Assembly (NCBI RefSeq): GCF_000284115.1
Contig: NC_017080.1
Span: 2,550,001 to 2,582,000, forward strand
Length of the DNA stretch: 32,000 nucleotides
Source: Phycisphaera mikurensis NBRC 102666
Lineage (GTDB): Bacteria; Planctomycetota; Phycisphaerae; Phycisphaerales; Phycisphaeraceae
Reading direction: 5' to 3'
A program made the translations under genes and the position numbers. Numbering within the stretch: position 1 is the first letter of the stretch; every line of letters starts with the position of its first letter. Positions 1-8,320 of this stretch are shown piece after piece. The notes under the pieces were generated by a model, which saw nothing but the letters and a program-made list of their open reading frames with translations, was not told where the DNA came from and searched no databases.

Positions 1-1284
1 GTCGACGAAGCCCACGCCGACGAGATCGTCCACGCGGTCACCTCGCTCCCCGAGGACGAGCGGGAGAAGCTCTTCGACGTGCTCGACGCCGAGCGCGGCG
101 CCGCCGTGCTCGAGCTGCTGCCCGACAGCCAGGCGGTCGACTCGCTGGAGAGCCTGGACCCCGACGCGGCGGCCGAGCTGATCCACGAGCTCGACTCGGA
201 AGACCAGGCCGACCTCATCGCCCTGCTCGACGATCCCGAGCTGATCCTCAGCCGCCTGCCCGCGGAGGAGGCCGAGGAGATCCGCGATCTCGCCAGCTAC
301 CCCGCCGACACCGCGGGCGGGATGATGGGGACCGAGTTCCTGGCCTTCCCGCTCGGCTCCACCGTCGGCGACGTCGTCAAGGAGCTGCAGGACCACGCCG
401 ACGAGCACAGCGATGCCGACGTGCAGTACGTCTACGTGACCGACGAGGACGGCCGCCTGCGCGGCGTGCTCCCGCTGCGCAACCTCGTCGTCTCGAAGCG
501 CGCCCGCAAGATCTCCGACGTCATGATCGCCGACCCGCTGGCGATGCCCTCGGACGCGACGCTGGACCGCATGATCGCCTTCTTCGACGATCACCACTTC
601 CTGGGCGTGCCGGTGGTCACCACCGCCGAGGACCCGGTGCCCGGCCGCCTGCTCGGCGTTCTGCAGGCCGCGGAGGTGGACGAGGCGGAGGCGGAGCTGC
701 GTGGCGGCGAGTTCCGCCGCAGCCAGGGCATCGTCGGCGGCGAGGAGCTGCGGAGCATGCCGCTGTTGCTGCGGAGCCGCCGGCGGTTCTCGTGGCTGAC
801 GCTGAACATCGGCTTGAACGTCGTGGCGGCCAGCGTCATCGCCCGGAACCTGGACGTCATCGAGGCGATCGCGCCCCTGGCGGTCATCATGCCGATCATC
901 TCGGACATGTCCGGCTGCTCGGGCAACCAGGCCGTGGCCGTCTCGATGCGCGAGCTGTCGCTGAACGTCGCCCGGCCGAGCGACTGGTTCCGCGTCTGGC
1001 GGAAGGAGGCGGCGGTCGGCTCGGTCAACGGGATCGGCCTCGGCCTGCTGCTCGGGCTCGCCGGCGGCCTCTGGCAGGGCCCGTGGTTCGGCTTCGTGGT
1101 GGGCGCCGCGCTCGCGGCCAACACGCTGGTGGCGGTGAGCATCGGCGGCGTGGTCCCCCTGCTGCTCAAGGGCCTCAAGCTCGACCCCGCCGTCGGCGCC
1201 GGCCCGATCCTCACGACCGTCACCGACATGTGCGGCTTCTTCCTGGTGCTCACCATGGCGGCGAACCTGCTGCAGCAGGCCTGA
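1..1284 (+). CDS. mgtE: Magnesium transporter MgtE (5' end outside window)
   Basis: Frame is open from base 1. It shows an MgtE_N-like helical repeat domain, CBS-pair region and C-terminal membrane domain (LNIGLNVVAASVIARNLDVIEAIAPLAVIMPIISDMSGCSGNQA...TTVTDMCGFFLVL), ending in TGA at 1282-1284. Confidence 0.93.
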   Translation, partial: VDEAHADEIVHAVTSLPEDEREKLFDVLDAERGAAVLELLPDSQAVDSLESLDPDAAAELIHELDSEDQADLIALLDDPELILSRLPAEEAEEIRDLASYPADTAGGMMGTEFLAFPLGSTVGDVVKELQDHADEHSDADVQYVYVTDEDGRLRGVLPLRNLVVSKRARKISDVMIADPLAMPSDATLDRMIAFFDDHHFLGVPVVTTAEDPVPGRLLGVLQAAEVDEAEAELRGGEFRRSQGIVGGEELRSMPLLLRSRRRFSWLTLNIGLNVVAASVIARNLDVIEAIAPLAVIMPIISDMSGCSGNQAVAVSMRELSLNVARPSDWFRVWRKEAAVGSVNGIGLGLLLGLAGGLWQGPWFGFVVGAALAANTLVAVSIGGVVPLLLKGLKLDPAVGAGPILTTVTDMCGFFLVLTMAANLLQQA

Positions 1285-1460
1285 GGGAGTGCGTCGGCCG
1301 TGCCGACCAGGAGACGAAGCGACGGGTGCGGGACGTTTCGGCACTCGGGACTGCATCGACCGCGAAGCAAGCAGCTCCAGGCCTGGGCGGAGGTGGGTGA
1401 GAGACAAAGAGACAGAATCAGCGAAAGAGAGAAAAGCGGCCGGCGCCCTTGTCTGTTCTC

Positions 1461-1596
1461 GTCTCTACGTCTCTACGTCTCTACGTCTCTACGTCTCTTC
1501 GTCTCGTCGTCTCTTCAACTTTTCGTCTGTTCGTCTCTCCGTCTCTCCGTCTCTTCGTCTCTCCGTCTCTCCATCTCTCCGTCTCTCCGTCTCTCG
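1461..1596. repeat. Tandem octamer array, 17 in-register 8-bp units, consensus GTCTCT(A/C/T)C
   Basis: Read directly: gtctctac x4, gtctcttc, gtctcgtc, gtctcttc, aacttttc, gtctgttc, gtctctcc x2, gtctcttc, gtctctcc x2, atctctcc, gtctctcc, gtctctcg. Confidence 0.95.
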
Positions 1597-1602
1597 CCGC
1601 AC

Positions 1603-3435
1603 TCACGGCCCCACCGCCAGCCGGTCATCCGCTTCCGCACGCCGCAGATCCCGCAGCAACCACAGCCCGCCGGCGATCCACAGGACCGCCAGGACGCCGC
1701 TCTCCCACCACTGGTGGAGGATGAGCGCCATCGGCAGCAGGAAGGTGAAGACCTGCCAGAGCACGGCCACCACCAGCCGCACCACGTCGGTGCGGTGCTC
1801 GTCCCGATCGTCGGCCTTCCAGCTCGAGGGCCAGGTGCCCAGCGGGCGGACCTGCTCGTAGAAGGCCCGGGCCTCGCGCTCGTCGGTCGCCGGGAAGAGG
1901 TACGTGCCCGCGAGGCAGCCGACGGCCGAGCCGAGCGTCACGAAAGCGATGACGAAGACGTCGGTCAGCTCGCCGTGCTGGCTGAGCACCCCGAAGTCCG
2001 CGGGCATCGCCGCCGCCAGTGGCGCCTTGAGCAACTCGAGCCCCAGCGAAGCGGCGAAGCCGGTGGCCACGCCCGCCGCGAAGCCGGCGCCGTTGAAGCG
2101 GGCCCAGAACCAGCGCAGCGCGAACGGCAGCAGGAAGGCCGGGAACAGCTGGATCACGATCGTGACCCAGACGTCGACCACCGCCCCGCCGAGCGCAAGC
2201 GCCAGCACCAACCCGGCGGCGACGATCAGGATCGACGCCGCGTAGCCCACGTAGACCTGCGACTTCGCGGAGCCTTCGCCCCGCAGCGGCACCCACAGGT
2301 CGCGGACCACGTAGCTGGCCCCCGCGTTGATCGTCGAGTCGAAGGTGCTCATGCTCGCCGCGAAGATTGCCGCCACCAGCACGCCGGTCATCCCCACCGG
2401 GATCAGATCGGACAGCAGCACCTGCGGCAGGATCGCCTCGGGGTCCTCGCTGCCGATCCCCAAGTGGATCGCCAGGATCACGAAGCCCAGCACCATGGGC
2501 CAGCGGAACGCGAAGAGCACCGTCCAGAGCATGCAGAGCTTCTGCACCGTCGGCCCGTCCTTGGCCGCGTAGAAGCGCTGGGCCATGTACGCCGAGCCGC
2601 CCGAGCCGCCGAGGCCCTCGAGCAGGCCCTTGCCCGCCCAGAAGATCAGGAAGACGATGAAGGGGGAGTAGAGGATCCGAGAGCCGGCCTCTTCTCCAAG
2701 CGCCGGCGCCGCGGCGTCCAGCCCCTGCACCACCGGCGTCTCCAGCCCGCCGAAGAAGACCGGCCAGACCTGGTTGCTCGCCGCCCCCGGCCAGTCGGCG
2801 AGCAGCTCCGGCGTCACGTACCCGAAGGCCAGCACGCTCATGTACACCGCCGCGAAACCGATCAGCCCGGCCTGGAAGACGTCCGTCCAGACCACCCCGT
2901 ACAGCCCGCTGGCCATTGTGTACGCGAGCGCGATCACCGCCATCGCCACGGCGCAGGTCGTCACCGAGAACGGCAGAAAGACCGCGAGGAACTTGCCCGC
3001 CGCGGCGAGGAAGAACACGACCATGCCGACGGTGATCACCAGGTACGTCGCCGCGGCGACGTAGCGGGCCAGACGACCCTGATAGCCGGAGCCGAACCGG
3101 AGAAGCATCCACTCGCCCGTGGTCATCACCCGCGAGCGCATGTGCCACTTGCCCATGAAGGCCAGGAACACCGCGATCGGCAGCACCACGCCGCCGCGCA
3201 TCTCGATGAAGAAGCCCTGCAGCCCGTGCAGGTAGAGCAGCGTGATGATCGTGATCGTGCCCGCGGCGTCGAGGTTGCTGGACATGCCCGACGCCCCCAG
3301 CGCCCACCAGGGCGTGCGGCGCCCCGCGAGGAAGTAGTCGTCGCCGCTGCGGCCCGCCTTCCGCGTGAGGGCGAGGCCCACGGCCACGAGCCCCACGAGG
3401 TAAGCGACGACGATCCCGTAGTCGAGCGGCTGCAT
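1603..3435 (-). CDS. Sodium:solute symporter (SSS family) transporter
   Basis: About 610 aa multi-TM protein starting MQPLDYGIVVAYLVGLVAVGLALTRKAGRSGDDYFLAGRRTPWWALGASGMSSNLDAAGTI, the typical SSS N-terminus. Start trimmed from the longer ORF (1603..3675). Confidence 0.9.
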   Translation of the reverse strand: MQPLDYGIVVAYLVGLVAVGLALTRKAGRSGDDYFLAGRRTPWWALGASGMSSNLDAAGTITIITLLYLHGLQGFFIEMRGGVVLPIAVFLAFMGKWHMRSRVMTTGEWMLLRFGSGYQGRLARYVAAATYLVITVGMVVFFLAAAGKFLAVFLPFSVTTCAVAMAVIALAYTMASGLYGVVWTDVFQAGLIGFAAVYMSVLAFGYVTPELLADWPGAASNQVWPVFFGGLETPVVQGLDAAAPALGEEAGSRILYSPFIVFLIFWAGKGLLEGLGGSGGSAYMAQRFYAAKDGPTVQKLCMLWTVLFAFRWPMVLGFVILAIHLGIGSEDPEAILPQVLLSDLIPVGMTGVLVAAIFAASMSTFDSTINAGASYVVRDLWVPLRGEGSAKSQVYVGYAASILIVAAGLVLALALGGAVVDVWVTIVIQLFPAFLLPFALRWFWARFNGAGFAAGVATGFAASLGLELLKAPLAAAMPADFGVLSQHGELTDVFVIAFVTLGSAVGCLAGTYLFPATDEREARAFYEQVRPLGTWPSSWKADDRDEHRTDVVRLVVAVLWQVFTFLLPMALILHQWWESGVLAVLWIAGGLWLLRDLRRAEADDRLAVGP

Positions 3436-3568
3436 CCGCGGAAGGTAGAAGAACGTGGCGCGAGCGGCCGCAGCGCCGACGCCAGGCGCCCGCGGCCCCC
3501 GGCTCGCGAGGCCACGTCTGGGGACGACGCGGCTCCGCTGGGCGGTGGCGGCGGCTCTCGCATCGGCC

Positions 3569-4276
3569 TCAGGCGTTCGCGGGCGCGACCTGCCCGCGCA
3601 GCACCTCCCAGCCGATCCAGAAGATGACCACGTCCGCCCAGACGTGGCTGACGTACGCCGCGTAAAGGTTGCCATACCTGGCGTAGATCCAGCTCCAGGT
3701 GATGCCGCCGATCAGCACGCCCAGCGAGCCGAGCAGCGTCAGCTCCCAGGGCAAGTAGGCGTCGAGGACGACGACGTGGTGCGTGGTGAAGAGCACCCCG
3801 CAGACGAGCACGGCGGCGGCGGCGGGAGCGAAAGCCCGCAGCCGCTCGTAGACCCACCACCGCCAGAAGTACTCCTCGATCAGCGAGTTCACGGTGCACC
3901 AGTAGGCGGCGGCGGCGAGAAAAGACCAGCCGTTGCGGAGCCCCGCCTCCCGCATCAGTGCCGCCATCGCCGGCGCGTCCACACGCTCGCGGCCGAAGCC
4001 GATCCACGCGAGGCCGATGGCCACGAAGATGACCGCGCCCGTCGCGTTCGCCGCGCCCATGCCCCGCCACGAAAACGGCGGGATTCGCGGCCGCCGCTCC
4101 TCCACCAGCCACAGCCACGCCAGCGGCGCCGCCACGAGCCAGGCCTTCGCGAGCGCGAAAACGGCCTTGCTCCACCAAGCCTCCGGGAAGAGCACCAGCG
4201 AGAGCGTCACCCCCACCGTCGGCAGCGGCACCGTCGCCAGCAGAAAGAGCAGCGCAGCGCGTCGGTCGTTCTCCAT
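3569..4276 (-). CDS. CPBP family intramembrane metalloprotease (CAAX protease/Abi-like)
   Basis: Multi-TM protein with the motif set EEYFWRWWVYERLR ... TTHHVVVL ... SHVWADVVIF. Confidence 0.85.
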   Translation of the reverse strand: MENDRRAALLFLLATVPLPTVGVTLSLVLFPEAWWSKAVFALAKAWLVAAPLAWLWLVEERRPRIPPFSWRGMGAANATGAVIFVAIGLAWIGFGRERVDAPAMAALMREAGLRNGWSFLAAAAYWCTVNSLIEEYFWRWWVYERLRAFAPAAAAVLVCGVLFTTHHVVVLDAYLPWELTLLGSLGVLIGGITWSWIYARYGNLYAAYVSHVWADVVIFWIGWEVLRGQVAPANA

Positions 4277-4301
4277 GCGGCCGACGCTACCGCGGCCGCG
4301 G

Positions 4302-4347
4302 CCGCGGACCGCCGGCCCCGACCGCCCGAACACGCCGCGGTCCGCGG
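4302..4347. repeat. 46-bp inverted-repeat element, copy A (CCGCGGACCGC-N24-GCGGTCCGCGG)
   Basis: 11-bp perfect arms. Intergenic between the CPBP protease start and the flbD stop. Preceded by tandem CCGCGG units. Confidence 0.85.
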
Positions 4348-4355
4348 GTCCACGC

Positions 4356-4553
4356 TCAGTCCACCGGCAGCATCCGCCGCAGGCTCCGCCCGTACGCCAC
4401 CGAGCGGGCGATGACCTCGTCCATCGACTCCCGCACCATCATCCGGTCGCCGGTGGTGAGCGTGATGGTGGTGTCGGGCGTCTCCTCCACCGTGCGGATC
4501 AGCTCGGCGTTGAGCACGAAGGGCTGCTGGTTGAGGCGGGTGAGGCGGATCAT
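4356..4553 (-). CDS. flbD: Flagellar FlbD-family protein
   Basis: Small protein MIRLTRLNQQPFVLNAELIRTVEETPDTTITLTTGDRMMVRESMDEVIARSV, characteristic of FlbD. Internal ATG chosen over the longer ORF start. Confidence 0.88.
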   Translation of the reverse strand: MIRLTRLNQQPFVLNAELIRTVEETPDTTITLTTGDRMMVRESMDEVIARSVAYGRSLRRMLPVD

Positions 4554-4679
4554 GGTGGCGGAGCGGGGTGTGAAGCGGAGAGCCGACGGGAGCGGGAGCG
4601 GAGCCGCCGCCGCGGGCAACTCTTGCCGACGGCCTCGCTTCGCTCACGCCGCCGCCCCGTCGCTCCGCCGCCGCGTCGC

Positions 4680-6398
4680 TCAGCGGACCACGCTGAGCAG
4701 CTCGTTGATCATCTCGTCGCTCGTGGAGATCACCCGCGAGTTCGCACTGAAGCCGGTGCTGGCGCTGATGAGGTCGACGAACTCGCGGGAGATGTCGACG
4801 TTGGAGAGCTCCAGCGAGCGGCCGATGAGGATGCCGGCCTGGGCGGTGCCGCCGGCGACGACGACGGGGCCGCCGCTGTTGGCGGTGGCGATGAAGGTGG
4901 AGTCGCCGCCGTTCTTGAGGCCCTCGTTGTTGGCGAAGGTGGCGATCGGGATCTGGCCCAGGTCGCGGAGCAGCCCGTTGCCGAAGACCCCGACGATCGT
5001 GCCGTCCTGGCCGATGTCGAAGTCCTGCAGCGTGCCGATCGGCGAGCCGTCCTGCTGGGTCATCGCGATGGTGGAGGTCGTGTCGACCAGCGAGGTCACC
5101 GAGCCGTACGGATCGGTGAAGGCGATGTTGAAGGTGAGCGGCGTGCCGGCGCCGGTCTGGACGCGGTCGACGCCGATCGTCAGGTTGTCCGCCCCGAGCA
5201 GCTCGCCCTCGGTGTTGAAGCTCACCAGCCCGGTGCCGAGCACGCTGTCCAGGTCGGTGTCGTCGATCGCGGTGGCCACGTAGCGCCACTGCGTGCCGTT
5301 GGCGTCCTTGTTCACGAGCGAGAGCGACAGGTCCACCTCGATCGCGGTGCCGAGGCTGTCGTAAGCGACGAAGGAGGTGCGGGTGGACTCGCCGTCGGCC
5401 TCCTGGATGCGCTCCATCCGGAAGGGGGCGGTGGGGCTGGTCTCGGCGTTGACGACGAAGTTGGCGTCGGAGATCCGGGCGGCGTTCCCGCTGCCGATGT
5501 TCGACTCGATGTGGATCCGGCCGTCCGCTTCGATCCGCACCCCGGCGGTGACGGCGGGGTCGGCGGTGTCGATGCCGAAGACGTCGTCGAGGAAGTCCAT
5601 CAGGTCCTGCACCGTCTCGCCGGCGTCGTCGCTGCCGGTGGTGTTGGTGGCGCCGACCTCGAAGGTCACGTCGGGCAGATCCGCCCCGCCGCGGCTGGCG
5701 CGGGTGATCGTCACGACGTCGCCGGTGTCGAAGGCGGAGGTGCCATCGGCGATGAACAGGCCGTCGAGCCCCGAGGCCGCGCCCGCGGGCGTGGTCGCGG
5801 CGGCGTCGCTGAACAGCGGGCTGAAGGCGGTGATGGCGCCGCGCGTGGCGAGGTCGCCGCCGGCGTTGAGGTTCCCCGCGAACTTCACCTCCGTGGTGGG
5901 TTCCGCGATCGACAGCACGCCGGTGGGGATGGAGATGTCGCGGAGGACGCCCTCCACGACGTTGAAGTCGTCGTCGACGCCGAAGCCCTGCACCTTCTGC
6001 CCGTCGGCGGTGACGAGGTTGTAGTCGCGGTCGAGGCCGAAGTTGCCGTTGCGGGTGTAGAGCTGCTCGCCGCCGTGATCGACCACGAAGAAGCCGTTGC
6101 CCTCGATCGCGACGTCGGTCGCCGAGCCGGTGGGCTGCACGCTGCCGGTCGAGAAGTCCTGCTCGATCGCGCCGACGCGGACGCCCCGGCCGACCTGCGT
6201 CGGGTTGGTGCCGCCCAGGTCCCCGGTGGGCGCGCTGGCCCCGCGGAGCGTCTGGCTGATCTGCGTCTCGAAGGTGACCCGGCTCCGCTTGAAGGCGGTG
6301 GTGTTCACGTTGGCGATGTTGTTGCCGGCGACGTCGACGGCGGTCGACGCGGCGGAGAGGCCGGTGAGGCCGGTGAAGAGGGCGTTGGTGAGGGCCAT
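4680..6398 (-). CDS. flgE: Flagellar hook protein FlgE
   Basis: 572 aa. N-terminal MALTNALFTGLTGLSAASTAVDVAGNNIANVNTTAFKRSRVTF, flagellar basal body rod domain at the C-terminus (VDISREFVDLISASTGFSANSRVISTSDEMINELLSV). Confidence 0.93.
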   Translation of the reverse strand: MALTNALFTGLTGLSAASTAVDVAGNNIANVNTTAFKRSRVTFETQISQTLRGASAPTGDLGGTNPTQVGRGVRVGAIEQDFSTGSVQPTGSATDVAIEGNGFFVVDHGGEQLYTRNGNFGLDRDYNLVTADGQKVQGFGVDDDFNVVEGVLRDISIPTGVLSIAEPTTEVKFAGNLNAGGDLATRGAITAFSPLFSDAAATTPAGAASGLDGLFIADGTSAFDTGDVVTITRASRGGADLPDVTFEVGATNTTGSDDAGETVQDLMDFLDDVFGIDTADPAVTAGVRIEADGRIHIESNIGSGNAARISDANFVVNAETSPTAPFRMERIQEADGESTRTSFVAYDSLGTAIEVDLSLSLVNKDANGTQWRYVATAIDDTDLDSVLGTGLVSFNTEGELLGADNLTIGVDRVQTGAGTPLTFNIAFTDPYGSVTSLVDTTSTIAMTQQDGSPIGTLQDFDIGQDGTIVGVFGNGLLRDLGQIPIATFANNEGLKNGGDSTFIATANSGGPVVVAGGTAQAGILIGRSLELSNVDISREFVDLISASTGFSANSRVISTSDEMINELLSVVR

Positions 6399-6461
6399 GT
6401 GGGGTGCCGCGGCGCGGGAGGAGGGTGAGTGGATCCAGCGGAGGAAACGAAGACGCCGCGC

Positions 6462-6911
6462 TTAAACCGCGGCCTTGTTCTCGCTGACGGCGGTGACGCG
6501 ATCGAGGGGGACGGTCGGCCCGGCGTCGAGCTTCAGCCGGGCCTCGCCCTCGACGATCGTCACCCGCTCGACGACGCCGGCGACGGCGGTGCCGTCGCCG
6601 CCGAGGGCCTCGATCCGCTTGCCCAGCATGCCGCTGGCCTGATTCATCGAGCTTTGGAGCGTGAGGCTCTCCAGCGTGGTCTGCAGCGACTGCTGGCTCT
6701 CGATGTTCCGCAGGCTGGAGACCTGCTCGATGAGCTGCTGCGTGTCGTTGGGCTCGAAAGGGTCCTGCTGCGAAAGCTCCTGCAGGATGATCTTCATGAA
6801 GCCCTCGTTGTCGAGGGAGCCGAGGCCGCCGGGGTCGGCGGCGGCGGGCGTGGCGGGCGCGGAGCCGCCGCGGAGGGCGTTGAGGTCGAGGCCGCTGGCG
6901 ATGGCAGACAT
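6462..6911 (-). CDS. flgD: Flagellar hook capping protein FlgD
   Basis: 149 aa with LDNEGFMKIILQELSQQDPFEPNDTQQLIEQVSSLRNIES, a classic FlgD motif; adjacent to flgE. Confidence 0.9.
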   Translation of the reverse strand: MSAIASGLDLNALRGGSAPATPAAADPGGLGSLDNEGFMKIILQELSQQDPFEPNDTQQLIEQVSSLRNIESQQSLQTTLESLTLQSSMNQASGMLGKRIEALGGDGTAVAGVVERVTIVEGEARLKLDAGPTVPLDRVTAVSENKAAV

Positions 6912-6929
6912 GGCGGGTTCCGGGAGGGA

Positions 6930-8294
6930 TCAGCGGCCGAGGAGGTCGCCGAAGGAGCGGTTGAGGAAGGAGCGGGGCGGGGCGGGTGTCCGTTCGTCGG
7001 CTTCGCGCTGCTGGCGGGTGTGGCCCCGGCTCCGGCCCTCGTCGGGGGTGGAGCCGGAGTCGCGGGCGGAGCCGCTGGCGTCGCGGCCGCCGCTGGGATC
7101 ACGCCCCGCCTCCGACTGCGTGTTCCCCGCGGAGGCACCGGCCGATCCGGCGCTGAGCTTGTCGACGGAGAGCCCCTGAGCCTCCAGCGACGCCCGCAGC
7201 TGCGGGAGCTGTTGCTGGAGCAACTCTCGTGCCGCCGCGTTGTCGGCCTGGAAGTGCGCGGCGACGCGGCCGCCGCTCATGTCCAGCTGGACCCGGACGG
7301 TGCCGAGTGACTCGGGCGTCAGGCGGAGGGTGACGGCGCCGCCGCCTTGCGAGACGGCGGAGCGGAGGCCGCGGGTGAGGCGGCCGGCATTGAGCTCGTC
7401 GGGCGCGGCGACGGCCTCGCCGGAGCTCGGCGTTGCCGCGGCGCCGGGCGGGGCGCCGGCGACGCGGTCGACGCTCATCGGCCCGCGGTCCACCGCGGGG
7501 GCGTTGACGGGAGCCGGGGCGGCGGGGTCGGCCGCGGGGCCGGGAGCGGCCCCGCCGGCCGGGCCACCGGCCGCGGGCCGGGCGGAGGCGGGACCGGCCG
7601 GGTCCGCCGCCTCGCCGCCGGCGGGGCCGGCGGCCGCGGCCGCGGCCGCCGCGGAAGCGGCGACGCCGGCAGGTCGAACCGCCTCGGCGTCCGCGGGCGC
7701 GGCATCGGCAGCGACGACCGCTGCGCCGGCGCCGCTCGCCTTGGCCCCGCCCGTCGCGGGATTTGCGGGGGCGGACCTGCCCGGCCCCGGCTGGGACGCC
7801 GCGGTGGTGGCGGTGGCGGCGCCGACCGCCGCCACCGGTGCCGCCGCACGCCGAGCGTCGGCGACTCCCTCGGCGCCGGCCGGCGGTGCGGCCAGCTCGG
7901 TGCTGAAGCGGAAGGCGAACGCGTCGTCGAGAGCCTCGATCTCCGACGCCACCTCGGCGTCGAGCTCGGCCTCCGCGGCAGCGGCCTCGTCTCCCGGAGC
8001 GGCGGGCTCCGCGGGAGCGGCCTCGCCAGCCGCCGCGGCACGCTCTTTTGGCGCCGCCTCTGGCGGGGCGTCCGGCGCCTCGGCCGGGGCTCCAGCCTCC
8101 GCCCGCTTCGCCTCCTCTTGCGGCGGAGCTTCGGAGCGCGTGGCCTCCGCCCGCCCGGGCGAGCGGGCCTCGCGCAGCCGGTCCTCGAAGCCGGACCGCG
8201 GCCGCGGCTCCGCGTCCGCCCGCCGCGGCTCTTTGGGTCGCGGCTCGGCGGCGGCGGGGGGCGGAGCGGAGGGCGGCGGCGGGAGGGCGATCAT
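6930..8294 (-). CDS. fliK: Flagellar hook-length control protein, FliK-like
   Basis: Ala/Pro-rich low-complexity N-terminus and a C-terminal FliK-type block (VTLRLTPESLGTVRVQLDMSGGRVAAHFQADNAAARELLQQQLPQLRASLEAQGLSV). Confidence 0.85.
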   Translation of the reverse strand: MIALPPPPSAPPPAAAEPRPKEPRRADAEPRPRSGFEDRLREARSPGRAEATRSEAPPQEEAKRAEAGAPAEAPDAPPEAAPKERAAAAGEAAPAEPAAPGDEAAAAEAELDAEVASEIEALDDAFAFRFSTELAAPPAGAEGVADARRAAAPVAAVGAATATTAASQPGPGRSAPANPATGGAKASGAGAAVVAADAAPADAEAVRPAGVAASAAAAAAAAGPAGGEAADPAGPASARPAAGGPAGGAAPGPAADPAAPAPVNAPAVDRGPMSVDRVAGAPPGAAATPSSGEAVAAPDELNAGRLTRGLRSAVSQGGGAVTLRLTPESLGTVRVQLDMSGGRVAAHFQADNAAARELLQQQLPQLRASLEAQGLSVDKLSAGSAGASAGNTQSEAGRDPSGGRDASGSARDSGSTPDEGRSRGHTRQQREADERTPAPPRSFLNRSFGDLLGR

Positions 8295-8320
8295 GCTGCG
8301 GAGGCGCTTTTCTTGGGGAG

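Noticed and set aside
1461-1596. Octamer array considered as CRISPR
   Set aside because: Continuous 8-bp tandem units without spacers, so not a CRISPR array.
1300-3627. 775-aa plus-strand ORF opposite the symporter gene
   Set aside because: Arg/Pro/His-rich shadow ORF with no domain-like sequence. Its LRLYVSTSLRLFVSSS start is just translation of the octamer array. The minus strand encodes a clear SSS transporter.
3569-4276. CPBP protease as possible abortive-infection or defence gene
   Set aside because: The family covers housekeeping proteases as well, and no defence-related neighbours are present. Nothing in the sequence supports a defence role.
3933-6428. 831-aa plus-strand ORF opposite flgE and the CPBP gene
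   Set aside because: Typical high-GC antisense artefact. The minus-strand genes have unambiguous family motifs.
7483-7500. Short palindrome CCGCGGTCCACCGCGG in the fliK-like gene
   Set aside because: Resembles half of the 46-bp element but has no second half-site at the expected spacing; plausible by chance in GC-rich Ala/Pro coding sequence.
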